A DNA stretch of 64,000 bases, from contig NC_086097.1 in assembly GCF_963921235.1 (NCBI RefSeq), positions 208,942,001 through 209,006,000 on the forward strand, given 5' to 3'. The stretch comes from Mobula hypostoma (lineage: Eukaryota). The position numbers were made by a program, and so were the translations under genes. Positions within the stretch are counted from its first letter, which is position 1. Each line of letters begins with the position of its first letter. The notes under the pieces were generated by a model that was not told where the DNA came from, did no database searches, and was given only the letters and a program-made list of their open reading frames with translations. This document shows, in pieces, positions 13,457 through 25,448 of this stretch.

Positions 13457-14227
13457 ACATACAGTGGTGTCAAGAAAACAACCTCTCCTTCAATGTCGCA
13501 AAAACGAAGAAGTTGGTTGTGGATTACAGGAGGAATGGAGACGGGCTAACCCCTATTTACATCAATGGATCTAGGGTTTGAGAGAGTGAACAGCTTTAAG
13601 TCCCTCAGCATAACATCACCGAGGACCTCATGTCATCTGTACATATCGGCTATATGGTGAAAAAAGCACAACAGTGCCTCTTTTACCTCAGACGGTTGAA
13701 AAGGTTTGGCATGAGTCCCCAAATCCTAAAGACTTTCCACAGGGTCACTACTGAGCAGTATCCTGACTGGCTGCGTCACTGCCTGGTATGGGAACTGTAC
13801 TTCCCTCAATCACAGGACTCTGCAGAGAGTGGTGCAGACAGCCCAGTGCATTTGTAGGTGTGAACTTCCCACTATTCAGGACATTTACAGAGACAGGTGT
13901 GTAAAATGGCCTGGTGAATCATTGGGGACCTGAATCACCCCAACAACAAACTATTACAGCTGCTGCCATCCAGAAATGGTACTGCAGCATAAAGGCCAGG
14001 ATCAACAGGCTCTGGGACAGCTTCTTCCACCAGGCCATCAGACTGATTAATTCACGCTGATAAAATTGTATTTCTATACTATATTGACTGTTCTGTTGTA
14101 CATACTGTTTATAAATTACTATGAATTGCACATTGCACAGTTAAACGGAGATGGAACATAAAGATTTTTACTCCTCATGTATGTGAAGGATGTAAGAAAT
14201 AAAGTCAATTCAATTAAATTCAATTCA
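13457..14227 (+). mobile_element. Rex1/Babar LINE 3' fragment inserted in a CR1
   Basis: KKAQQCLFYLRRLKRFGMS; tail AATAAAGTCAATTCAATTAAATTCAATTC. CR1 sequence flanks both sides. Confidence 0.8.
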
Positions 14228-14860
14228 AATGATCTGGGTGTGAATGCAGAAGGCTTGATCAGTGAGTTTGTAGATGACAAGAAATTAGATAATGTCGCTA
14301 TTGCAGAAGGTTATTGTAGACTACAGCAGAACTTGATCGGATGGGAAAGTGTCCAAGGCATGGCAAATGTATTTCATTAGAGATAATTGTGAGGTGATAC
14401 ATTTTGGGAGGTGAAATCAGTGTAGGACTTATACAATGAATGGCAGGGCACTGAAGAGTATAATGCAACAGTGGGACTTAGGGGTACAAATGCATATTTC
14501 ATTGAAAGTGACACCGTGGGTAAACAGAGTATTGAAAAGGGGGTTGAGTATGGAAGCTTGGGGATTATGTTACAGTTGTACAAGTTATTGATGAGGCTGA
14601 ACTTGGAGAATTGTGTACAGTTTTACTCACTCTGTTATAGGAAACACACAGTTAAAAAACTGAAAACAGAGCAGAAGAGATTTATCAACATGTTTCTGGA
14701 ATGGGAGGGACTGAGTTTTGAGAGAGGTTGGCCTTGAAACGTAGGAGTTTGTAGGGTGACTTTATAGGAGGTTTATAAAATCATGACTCCTTGAGTTGAT
14801 AAGAATGTCACATTCTTTTGTCAGGGTTCTTGAGGATGTCTTTTGAGGTGAGGGAGTCTG

Positions 14861-15500
14861 GTGTCAAGCATTCAGTCCGTGGTGTCAAGCGTTCAGTCCG
14901 TGGTGTCAAGTGTTCAGTCCGTCGTGTCAAGCGTTCAGTCCGTCGTGTCAAGCGTTCAGTCCGTGGTGTCAAGCGTTCAGTCCGTGGTGTCAAGTGTTCA
15001 GTCCGTCGTGTCAAGCGTTCAGTCCGTCGTGTCAAGCGTTCAGTCCGTGGTGTCAAGCGTTCAGTCCGTCGTGTCAAGCGTTCAGTCCGTCGTGTCAAGT
15101 ATTCAGTCCGTCGTGTCAAGCGTTCAGTCCGTCGTGTCAAGCGTTCAGTCCGTGGTGTCAAGCGTTCAACCCGTCGTGTCAAGCATTCAGTCGGTGGTGT
15201 CAAGTGTTCAGTCCGTCGTGTCAAGCGTTCAGTCCGTCGTGTCAAGCGTTCAGTCCGTGGTGTCAAGCATTCAGTCCGTGGTGTCAAGTATTCAGTCCGT
15301 CGTGTCAAGCGTTCAGTCCGTCGTGTCAAGTGTTCAGTCCGTCGTGTCAAGCGTTCAGTCCGTCGTGTCAAGTATTCAGTCCGTCGTGTCAAGCGTTCAG
15401 TCCGTGTGTCAAGCGTTCAACCCGTCGTGTCAAGCATTCAGTCCGTGGTGTCAAGTGTTCAGTCCGTCGTGTCAAGCGTTCAGTCCGTCGTGTCAAGCAT
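14861..15500. repeat. 21-bp minisatellite, consensus GTGTCAAGCGTTCAGTCCGT(C/G), 30 copies plus one partial
   Basis: Counted directly: contiguous units with no spacers, and one unit with a 1-bp deletion near 15405. It explains the repetitive ORFs at 14808-15671. Confidence 0.97.
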
Positions 15501-18500
15501 CTGAGCGGGTGGAGCATGGACAGAATCCCAATGCGGGGTGCTGTTCTGCGAAAAGTTATCATCCACATTCTCATGAAAATGATTTCTATACAGTATATTG
15601 CAAACAACAAAGTGCCCTTGGCACATCACTATAGATTTCCAGTCAGTAAAACACAAGAAAATCTCAAGTAGACACTATTGGTGGAACAGAGGAGACGTTC
15701 TCCTGGTCTTCAGCTCTGACTGTCCGCTCTCAAACAAAATCCTTGAAACCGTTATTATTATCTCACTCCTATGGGATGAAATCTTGCTGTGCACAAGTTT
15801 CTACATTACAAACGTAACAATATTTCAGAATACACCGTTGAAAGTAAAGTGCCATAATACATAGTTTTGTTCTGCAAGTGTCAGCGTCTCTGGAGTGGCC
15901 CAACTCTTTGAATTCAAAAGAAGCACTTGTGACTTCATGTGTATGGGCAACACCGTAAACATAACTTGGGTGAGGTTACCCATATCTCCAAAACAAGTTT
16001 TAGGAAGCGCACACGTGAGATACCTAAACATGAATCGAGCTAGAAATCCAAACAAAAATATCTGATAATGCCCCGACTCCAAGACTAACCGTCCATAACA
16101 AAGCAAACAGTGACGGCTACAACGTCGAGCCGCGCGCAGATGGTCCACTCACTTTAATCTTAAACATAGCGATTGGTAAACCAGTAAAGACATTGTAAAG
16201 ACTTCTCGTTTTTTCCCACGGGCTGCTCTTAAAAGCATTTACATTCGCTAAGCCTCTCCAGTCGTATTTTAATATAGATAATACCTTCGTATTGTCTATA
16301 CTAAACCAACGAAGACAATAGCAGCGAAGAAACAGCCACAAGCATAGACTGCAAACCAGTGCGCACCTATAATTATAATACACGTGATTAATACAATTAA
16401 TACTTGTGAAACGTCCACAAATAAATTAGGAATTGCAGCGCGGCCACACTTCTTTTAAGAGTCCAATCTCATAGAAGCTCAAAAGTTACAAAGACAACCC
16501 CTCTGGTCCCGACACAGCGTTTTATATTTAATAAACACTTTAAACTCCCTCCGACCTTGGCGTCACAAAGCCTTTAAACTGGGCCCGTTCCGAATGACTC
16601 ATAACACTGCTTTGATGCTTTCCCTCACCTAACTAAAAAAAAGGTAAACAATTAAAAAGTCTGCTTCTTGGCTTCCCATCAAAGGGGGGAAAAGCCGTTT
16701 GCTTCAGTTCGCTTTTATTTGGGACGTGTTTTCCCCAGAAGTCAATCCAAATGGATAATTATTTATTGTAAATGCCCCATTACCCTGTACGACATTAGCT
16801 TTGAAGTCGACCAGTGTTTCTCAGATGGCTAGTTTGGAAGCTTATTGTGTTAGGTGGTATTCGTACATGCCGTGTTTTATAAAAATAAAAGGTGACAACG
16901 ATATTCATTTTACCTGATCCAGTTATCTTGAAAAATACCCGTCATTGTTCAGGGACCTGTTCTGAGGAGGATTCGAACTTGCCTCATAGGAGAACCAGTA
17001 AAATATCTGGAAACCTCCTGAAGTCATTTCGAATGTGTTGGAGCTGCATTAGCAACTTGGGTAAAGTAATACTTTTCCAATAAACGTTCAGCTTTTTCAC
17101 CGTCCTTGGAAGATTTAGCCCAACTTTCCTTTAAACTAAAACCCAATTCGTTTCACTATTGAAGTTTTAAAATTCTATATTTTTCATTTAAATGTAAATC
17201 AATATCTAAATTCGTTAACTGGCGTTAAGTTTCTTTAGAACATAGTTATTAATGTTCGGCCTAAAGGCCTCATGGTCTGTTGTATCAAGTCAATAATTAG
17301 TTAGCAATTAAGCAGGAACTTCCCAACAGGTGTAATGTGCACATTTGTAAAACTCAGTCATTAAGTAACATGTTCGTTTCAGGAACTCAACATGCTGTTG
17401 ATAAAATACAATTAAATTAGCCACCGTGCATGCTAGTCAGGCAACATCCAGGCGGATACATTATTATCGTTTTAATCTCAATAAATTAATCCTCTAAAAT
17501 GGTCAAGAATAAACGCATTCGAATTTACTAACGACTCTGTACATTCGTTACATTACAATTGCATATTCAGGTCAATACCGAAATGCTATGGTTACTATTG
17601 TATTTAAGGTCTGTTTAAAAATACGCTGAGCATGTGAGCACCTGCAATAAACAGATAAATAAACACAGTAATGATTAAGGGAGAAAGATTTTAGATGTAA
17701 ACATTTACTTAGCTGGTGACTCAGAATACAGATAGGCTGATTCAATTTAGTATGGCAGCAGTTTGTAGGAAATCAGACTAATGCTTGTATCAACGCAGCT
17801 AGTGCCTACCTAGTGGATACCAGTAGTCTGTCACCAAGCCTCTTTCGAAACTGTCTTTTTTAAAATCCCGGTCTTCTGCCCGATACTTGTGGTCGAATAT
17901 GTTTTTGAAATGTAGCAATTTATAAATGTTAGCTTTTACTTTGTGCATTGTTGTTAGTTGAAAAGGGCAGTCCTGTGCTATTGTACTGTTTTAGTTCCCA
18001 GGCCAAATCAATTCTTTGCTCGCATACAATTGTTTTAAAATGAATTAGGGAGGGTTCTATTATGGAATGGCAGCTATTCGTCAACGCGTATGCTGCTGTT
18101 TAAAACAAAATAATTTTAAATATTTCAATTCAATCAAATTACAACACAACTTTTATTTTGGCAAAATCATTCAGATTCTGAGCACTGGTAACAAAAACAC
18201 TAAAAAATTGCAAGTGTGATAATTTGAACAATTGGAGGTGAACGTGTTTTGCAGAAGCTTATATCTTGTCTCTTCTACACACGTTGATTTTTACATCCCA
18301 GTGGCCCAAGTTAGTGAAAATTAATGTCCATTTATCCCAACAATAAAGACCCTTGGAAGGAAGAGATTGCTGTTTGCTGAACAGACAGCAATGCCGATTG
18401 CGACTCTAGTTCGAAGGTACATTTCAGGTCTCTTCACAACATAACTTTCCATTTTAGGCTATACAGTATGTGCGGCGGAAAAGTTACATAATAGCTCTAC

Positions 18501-21500
18501 ATTGCAATAATATTTGAAGAAGAATAGAATTTCAAACTACAGAAGAAATGCTTAAAGATGGACATGTAGGAAGACTCAGAATTAAATGTCAGGTAGAAAA
18601 TTAACGAGAATTCGGTGAGATCTTCAAACAGATTCGAAGAAAGATTGAGATATATTAAAGCAAAAAAAGGAAAACATTACTTTCCGTGTACATTTTAATG
18701 AACTGAACAGGAAGGGAATGAAAACCAAGTTAAGATTTTTTATACCAAAATAAACTTTAATGATAAATTAAAGAAACGATAAATCGTTCAACGCCTTCTT
18801 ACATTCGCTAAGATTCGTGTTGAAAAGAGGGAAAGATTGCTGTTTCTAACCCTTTTCGAATGTATTACCTTGGCGGGGTTTATTTCTGATTTGGAAGGTG
18901 CAAGATAGCATTATCAGAGAAAACTCGGTCCTTATCTTCTTCAATTGTCTAAGGTGGTCAGTTTGAGCTTCTTTGGCGACCCGGATGATTTACATAATTA
19001 AATAGAAGGGGCACCGTCACTCTGAATACATTATTTTTGCCAGTTAGCAGACTCCTAAATCCCACTTTGATCGAAAGCAAATTTCAGTCTTTGATCTGAG
19101 GGGGAAAAACGAAACTGATCTCGAACTCTCACCTCTTTATTTTGAAATAACTTTTAAATGAAAATTTTCAATCCATTTGTGCAGAATGGATTCCAATTTA
19201 TCTACAAAGAATAGACAAGTACCAAGTACTTAAGATGATGGAAATCCGAGCATATTCACAACAGAATAAAAGCAATCCAGACCTAAAACCTGAGATTGTA
19301 TTTCACCGCGGCTACTGCTAAACATCGTCATTGTTTAACCTAGTTCTACCTCGATGCACCGCGATGTTGATCTAATCTGTATGAACAATTTGCAAGTCAA
19401 GCTTTTCACTGTATCTCCGTGCATGTGACAATAATAAACCAATTCTAGTTCCCATGCTTTTCCCTAGAGTAAATCAATGTAGTTAAAATGTTTATTGACT
19501 GCATAAACAACCATCTATTATTACAATATGCTTCTCAGTTGATTAAATCACGCGTTATTTAATCAACTGTCCCACTGTTTGGTTTAAGCTCCAGTTGATC
19601 AGAATGTTCTTTCCATTAAAGTTGGAGAAGCCGAATCCGATGTGTTTGCCCTCGCACCGCTCCATTCCACTGGCATCATTACTGCCAATCCATTCTCAGC
19701 CCAGTTTCGACCATCACCAATACTGTCTATCCCAGTTCTTATCTGTCTAGCGTTGAAGCTTATACCTGTGCCGTGGTTCCACTCAGATTCAAAGTTTATT
19801 GAACAATCAGCTGGCAGTACTCGGCCATCGCTGCTGTGATTTTGGACCCAGGGTAGCTCAACCAAACCAATGAATTTAAATTCCTTGTCCTCTTCTCCAG
19901 TTCTAGAAGCTCTCTTTTCGCACATTATCATTGAAATATTCCCCATCTACTGTACCACTGACTTCATCTGATGTCCTACTGTTTCCCGTCATCGGTAACA
20001 GGGTCTATCTACCGTGTCTCACGCAGCACCTTTAGGCTTCATGTCGTCAAACCCCTCCAGCGGCCCCAGTCCGTTCAACGCCATTCTCGGGCTTTAAGAA
20101 CGTTAAAGCGTTCATCCATTTTGGGTGTCTTACCGCTCCCCACCCCCAGCACCACCACTTTTGGCTTTAATATTTTTTTAAAATCCCAACGTTTTCATTT
20201 TAATACGGGGAATGGATTTTTCTCCCAATGATAGGGTCTATATCAATACGATCAATGAGATTATTGTTAAAATTATAAGACTTGACAGGGCTAATGTGGT
20301 TACTTTTACAACACATGCATCACACTGACGGGAAACGACATACATGTAAGCAGTCCTGTGCTTGTAAGGTTTTTAAGGCTATATCGCGTGAATTACTGGT
20401 ATAACTGAGAGAGGTACATTCGTCCTGCGTTGTCAAATAGGAAGCTACTTGATCCCGCTTTCAGTCTGATTCTTTCAATCTAGTACAGAAACGTTGTTTC
20501 CTCCTTCTGCCAGTGAGACATCTGCACGTAATAAAATCGGGTTTATATTTGCTTACTGTCCTGTGGTCCAGAGGGCATGGCAAGCCACTTATTTGAAGGC
20601 TTACAACATCACTATAAAAGGTGGTGTATTAAAATAAAGAGAAACGTGGCTTGGTCATGCTACATGTAACAATATTTGACGTAGCATAGACGTTTGGTAA
20701 ACATTTGTATTCCAATAATACTATTTATACGTTGCACGTGACCTTTCAGCAACTGCCGTAAATTAAGGTCAAGTTTGGTACACAACTTTAGTGAAGGCCT
20801 TGACTACATGACAGGAAACCATATCAGATTTTACATTGCTGAAAAAATATTGGCATCCTCACACAAGGCTTTTCATTTTCTTTGTATAGTTTCCCCTCCC
20901 CAAGTGTACTTACAAGGAAAATTACGATGTGCAACAAGGCTCTTGTTGTATCCTGATCGTGCCTATATAAATACTTTAATTTTTTTTTATTCCATCTGTA
21001 TTGCATTTGAGTTTATGCAGTACTGTACAAGTGTTTTAGGCACATGTAAAAAAAAATCTGTAAAGCGAGATTGCTTTCAAAAATCATGAAAAGTTTCGAC
21101 ATATCATTAAAAAACTACTATAAAGAGCAGTAAAACAAAACAAAATCAAATCAGTATTTGGTGTGATCACCCTTTGGCTTTAAAACCCGCATCAATTCTC
21201 TTAGATACAATTTTGTAAGAATATCGGCTGGTACGTTGTTCCAAGCATCTTGGAGAACTTGCCACAGTTTTCTTCAGACTTTGCTGTCTCCTTGCTTCTG
21301 CCTCTAGGTAATCACAGATAGCCTCGACGATGTTGCGATCAATGCTCCACGGAGGCTGTACTATTTGTTGCAGAATTCCTTCTTGTTCTTTTTGCTGAAA
21401 GCAGTTCTTCATGACCTTGGCAGTGTGTTTGTGGTTATTGTCTTGCTGCAGAATGAAGTTGACACCGATCAATACCCTGCTGGTGTTGTGTGATGGATGA

Positions 21501-21606
21501 CAATATGTTTTTACTTCTCAACATTGAGGATGCCATTAATTCTAACCAGATCACGAACTCCGTTTGCAGAAGCACGGCCCCAAACCTACAGGGAATCTCC
21601 GCCGTG

Positions 21607-21733
21607 CTGACGAAGGGTCTCGGCCTGAAACGTCGACTGCACCTCTTCCTACAGATGCTGCCTGGCCTGCTGCGTTCACCAGCAACTTTGATGTGTGTTG
21701 CTTGAATTTCCAGCATCTGCAGAATTCCTGTTG
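21607..21733 (+). mobile_element. Short Penelope terminal-repeat insertion inside the Tc1 element
   Basis: Reverse complement of about 58576-58702. 13-bp TSD TCTCCGCCGTGCT at 21596-21608 and 21734-21746, with 2 bp of microhomology at the left junction. Confidence 0.88.
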
Positions 21734-22160
21734 TCTCCGCCGTGCTTCTCGTTTGGCGGCAGACACTCATCTATGTAGCGCTCTCCAACTCTTCCATGGG
21801 CAAACTGCCTCCTGCTTGAGGCACACATTTCAGACATTGACACCTCAGTCCAGAGAGCTTGCTGCCATTGTTCAGCATCCCAGTCCTTGTGATTTTGTGC
21901 ATTGGTGAGCCATTTTGCTTTGTTTCTACTTGGGATAAACGACTTTTTAGCAGCGACTCTTCCATGAAAACACTTCTGACAAGACTTCTCCGGACTTTAG
22001 AGGGGTGCACTTGGGTGCCAATGGTTTCTGTGAGTTCAGAGAAATAGCAGAGCTGGACTTCTTCCGATTTATAAGGGACGTCAGTTTGATGTATCTCTCG
22101 TCTGCTGCACTCAGTTTCTATGGACAACCACTGCGTTTCTGGTCCTCAACCTCGCCCGTT

Positions 22161-22247
22161 AGTCCAGACGAAGGGTCTCGGCCCGAAACGTCTTCCCAGA
22201 GATGCTGCCTGGCCTGCTGCGTTCACCAGCAAATTTCATGTGTGTTG
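22161..22247 (+). mobile_element. Second short Penelope terminal-repeat insertion inside the Tc1 element
   Basis: Same family with an internal deletion. 10-bp TSD CTCGCCCGTT at 22151-22160 and 22248-22257. Confidence 0.85.
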
Positions 22248-24139
22248 CTCGCCCGTTTCTTTGTGCTTCTCCAGAAGAGTTAGGACAAAACATCTTGAAA
22301 CTCGTGTCTGAAAGTCTGCTTCGGAGAGATTTTGTTGATGCAGGATGGCCACCTTATGTCTTTTTGCTATCCTCACTCTTGCCATGGTGGAAGAACTGAT
22401 GATTTGAAGGTTGAACTGTCACATCTGCCACACCCTCACCTGTTAGTTTGGTTGTCCTTCGCGCAACAGTTTGATTCCGTCTACACCCGTTTCTGTTTCC
22501 GTTAATCAGTTTGTTTCATTCAACTCATTATGTCGGTGATCATTAGCACCTGTTTGTTGTTTTTGTTTAATCATTCACTGGGCTATATACCTACAAAGTA
22601 ATCAAGATTTTATTTGAAAAGTAGTCTAGTACTTAATATGTTACTTTCTTTAACGAAATACCAAATAAAACCTCTGTAACATGTAATTTTTTTTAGAAAA
22701 TGAATGTTTGGAAATCTAAAATTTGCTCTTTTCTACTGTCATACCAATGCAGAAAACAAAAAGAAAAATAAAAACTTTATATAAAAATCCAGGGTGCCCA
22801 ATACTTGCACAGTACTGTACATTGGAGTTCGAATACGCATATCCTTTGAGCCACGCATTTGTACATTATTGTTTTTTTAATACAGAGCAAGGTGTACTTC
22901 AACACTGTTGATAGTAAAGAAACTTCTCTGTTTAGCAAAAAGGAAACAGAATGCTTTACACTTGAAAAGCCAACGTTCTCTCTGGAAGGCAGCAAAACAC
23001 AATAAAAACTAAAAACAAAACCATAATGCAGGGCGCACTGCCAACACTAATCGGGGCATTAATAGCCGAGTTCACCTTTTTACATGGAAGTGATTTTCTA
23101 ACATAAACAGATTAACTATTACATGTGTTTTCTTAAACAAAAAATGCATTCCAGATTGATAATGTAGATCAGAGCTCTTTCAAGGATTTCTGTATAATGA
23201 AAAGAAAAAGTTTTTTGGAATTAATCTTCAATTCAGACGTAAACTTAGCGTTTTACAGTGAGTAACAGATCAAGGTAATTACCAGATATAAGGAATAAAC
23301 GACGCTCTGTCTCTGATTCATGTTTTCATTTTATCTTTGTGAATAATAAATATTATTGAGAGGAAACACTGGTCAACTTTATGTATATATATCCGTGATC
23401 AATTTAGATAACAACAATAAATTACATTATCCTACCTAATATCTTACTCTTCAGCGGTAAACAGAAACTCGGGTTACTCATCTTAAACGCAATTTAAAAT
23501 GAAAACTTCTAAATTCTTCAGAGATCTAAATTGTCGATTAAAAAAAAACACTTTACTAATCAAATGCATTGTTTTGTTTCTAGCTAGTCAAAAATAAAAA
23601 CCGTTAATGTTCAGATAGGGTAAAAACAAGTTAAGATAATTGACTTATATTTACAACCTAAAATCGAAACGTTTCCGTTGAAATTAAAACCTTTCCGCAA
23701 TTGTTCCAGGTGTAACAACATAGTTAAGTGCTCATTGATGATGTTGCGCTGGCCCTAGAAAGAGACTCTGTATATTGCAGGAAAATACATACAATATCAA
23801 TAGTTAGCCACAAACTGTCTTCAATATCGGACCGAAACTAGAATTGATCCTTACAATATACACCACTAGATCTTCAGAAGGTGGAACTAACGACAGTAAT
23901 AACAAAACTGATTCCAACGATGACATATAATTGTGATGTTGCCATTTGAATATAGTCCAAGAATCTAACTCGTTTAAGTATGTCCGGGAAGGAATCGAGA
24001 CGAATTTAAATCGTTTTCCCCTTTAAAGGGTATTGGACTACTATACCAATTCAAACAACCAGAAAGGGGTTGCTGGGCTCTGTGGCTATGAGAGGTGGGT
24101 GAAATGGAATGTAGCATTTTAGTTAAAGAAACTTCCCAA

Positions 24140-24605
24140 ACCCCGACATCATCCCGAATATGATGGAGCATTGGGAATGATGGATTGACGGATTTACATT
24201 AAGAATGTAAATGTCCACTTGCTGTAATGGGATTTGAGAGGAACAGGCGCGGAATTAATGGTACCTCTGGCTGGGTTGTCTGGAACCAAGGGATACAGTC
24301 TTGACATAGAGGGGGGCGTGGGGGGCGTGGAGGGGGGTTAACCCTTCAGTGCAAAGATCGAAGATCGTTTTCACAAGTGAATAGCGAAAGGTTGGAATTC
24401 TTTGTAGAAGAAGGCTGGGGTGCTTGCAGAGGGTGGGGGTCTCAAGTGTTGATTGTATTCAAGACAGACAATGGACTTTAAAACAGAATATTATAGGATT
24501 ATGAATGTTGTAAGATTATGGCGTTAGCACATAAGTAACACCAGCCATGGCGGAAGACACCATGACCGAATGGCCAATTTCTGACTTTCCCTTTCTCATG
24601 TTCTC
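24140..24605 (+). mobile_element. Ancient CR1 3' end just upstream of the sox17 promoter
   Basis: Degenerate CR1 3' motifs (TCTGGAACCAAGGGATACAGTCT, TTGGAATTCTTTG, GTATTCAAGACAGA, GACCGAATGGCC). Confidence 0.55.
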
Positions 24606-25149
24606 CGTAACGTTAAACAAGAAAGTACTGGTTTGTCGTAAAACCCATCAGGTTTGTTAATGTCCTCCATAGCAGGAAATTTACCGCCCTTGCCGAATTA
24701 ACTATTTAGTACTGCTGGTCAAATAGTTTTGACTCTCGATTGCCTCTTCAGTTTAGGGGCAATTGCAGATGAGCGATAAATGTCGGCATCGTCAATGTCA
24801 CCTATATTCGTGCACAACTAAATTTGATACGGCTATTAACGTAGTACATTTGCTTCGATTGAGCCGCGACAAAACTGCGTCCCAAATAACACAAGAATCA
24901 GCTTTGCAGCGCTCTTTGACCAGTCCTATCTAAAGAAGTTACAATTCACGGGCAAACTGAGCTTCTATAACTGTCTGCGAGGTTTTTTTTAATTGTATTC
25001 ATTTGATTTAGACAGGCATGGCTACACACTCTTAGGTAAAAAACAATTTAAAAGAGATTTCAAAAGATTTGGTTATCTCTACATTGTAGATGTAATCTTC
25101 TACAAGTACCAGAATGCAGTTTAAGATTACCGTTTCGGGATTTCGCATG

Positions 25150-25300
25150 TAAGGGAGGGAGGAGCAGGCGGTGTATGTGGGAGCTGAAGTTCCGCCTCTT
25201 AGAGCCTTTCCCGGAAAAGTCCCGCCCTGCGGCTTTTCATTGGTCGCTATTTTATTTATCAAGCCTGCTTGCCAAAAAGTTTAAAGTATCTGCAAGCGAA
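25150..25300 (+). promoter_or_regulatory. Putative sox17 proximal promoter
   Basis: About 150-300 bp upstream of the ATG. Contains TTCCCGGAA (STAT/ETS-type, 25208-25216), GC box CCCGCCC (25221-25227), reverse CCAAT ATTGG (25239-25243) and TATA-like TTTAAA (25280-25285). No ATG lies between here and the start codon. Confidence 0.6.
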
Positions 25301-25448
25301 GAATTTGAGACAGTGAGTGGAGTGTGCGTGTGGGCTCCCGACCAGAGCGAATTCACGCCCAGTCGTTCCCCATCCGCTCTATCACTGCGAGGAAAAACAG
25401 TCAACTCAATTTTAACTTGGTGTTCCTAGTTCCTCTACTGCATCAGGA

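Larger units (their letters stand above)
12690..14790 (+). mobile_element. Decayed CR1 LINE interrupted by a SINE and a Rex1 fragment
   Basis: Remnant CR1 RT motifs (PASLTAVVGKLL, SKAFNKVAH, FVDDKKL, LENCVQF). Confidence 0.7.
21018..22817 (-). mobile_element. Dead Tc1-like DNA transposon (DD38E spacing) with two nested Penelope fragments
   Basis: Imperfect TIRs: CAGTACTGTACAAGTGTTTTAGGCAC from 21018 and GTGCCCAATACTTGCACAGTACTG ending 22817, followed by TA (the left flank is TG). The minus-strand remnant FILQQDNNHKHTAK...PPWSIDRNIVEAICDYLE is a degenerate Tc1 QDN.PKH...WP.QSPDLNPIE. Frameshifted. Confidence 0.88.

Noticed and set aside
14861..15500. CRISPR-like array or repetitive protein (SSVQSVV / RRVKRSV ORFs)
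   Set aside because: Units are contiguous with no unique spacers, there are no cas genes, and the context is vertebrate. ORFs are open in several frames only because the 21-bp unit lacks stops, and a 1-bp deletion breaks the frame.
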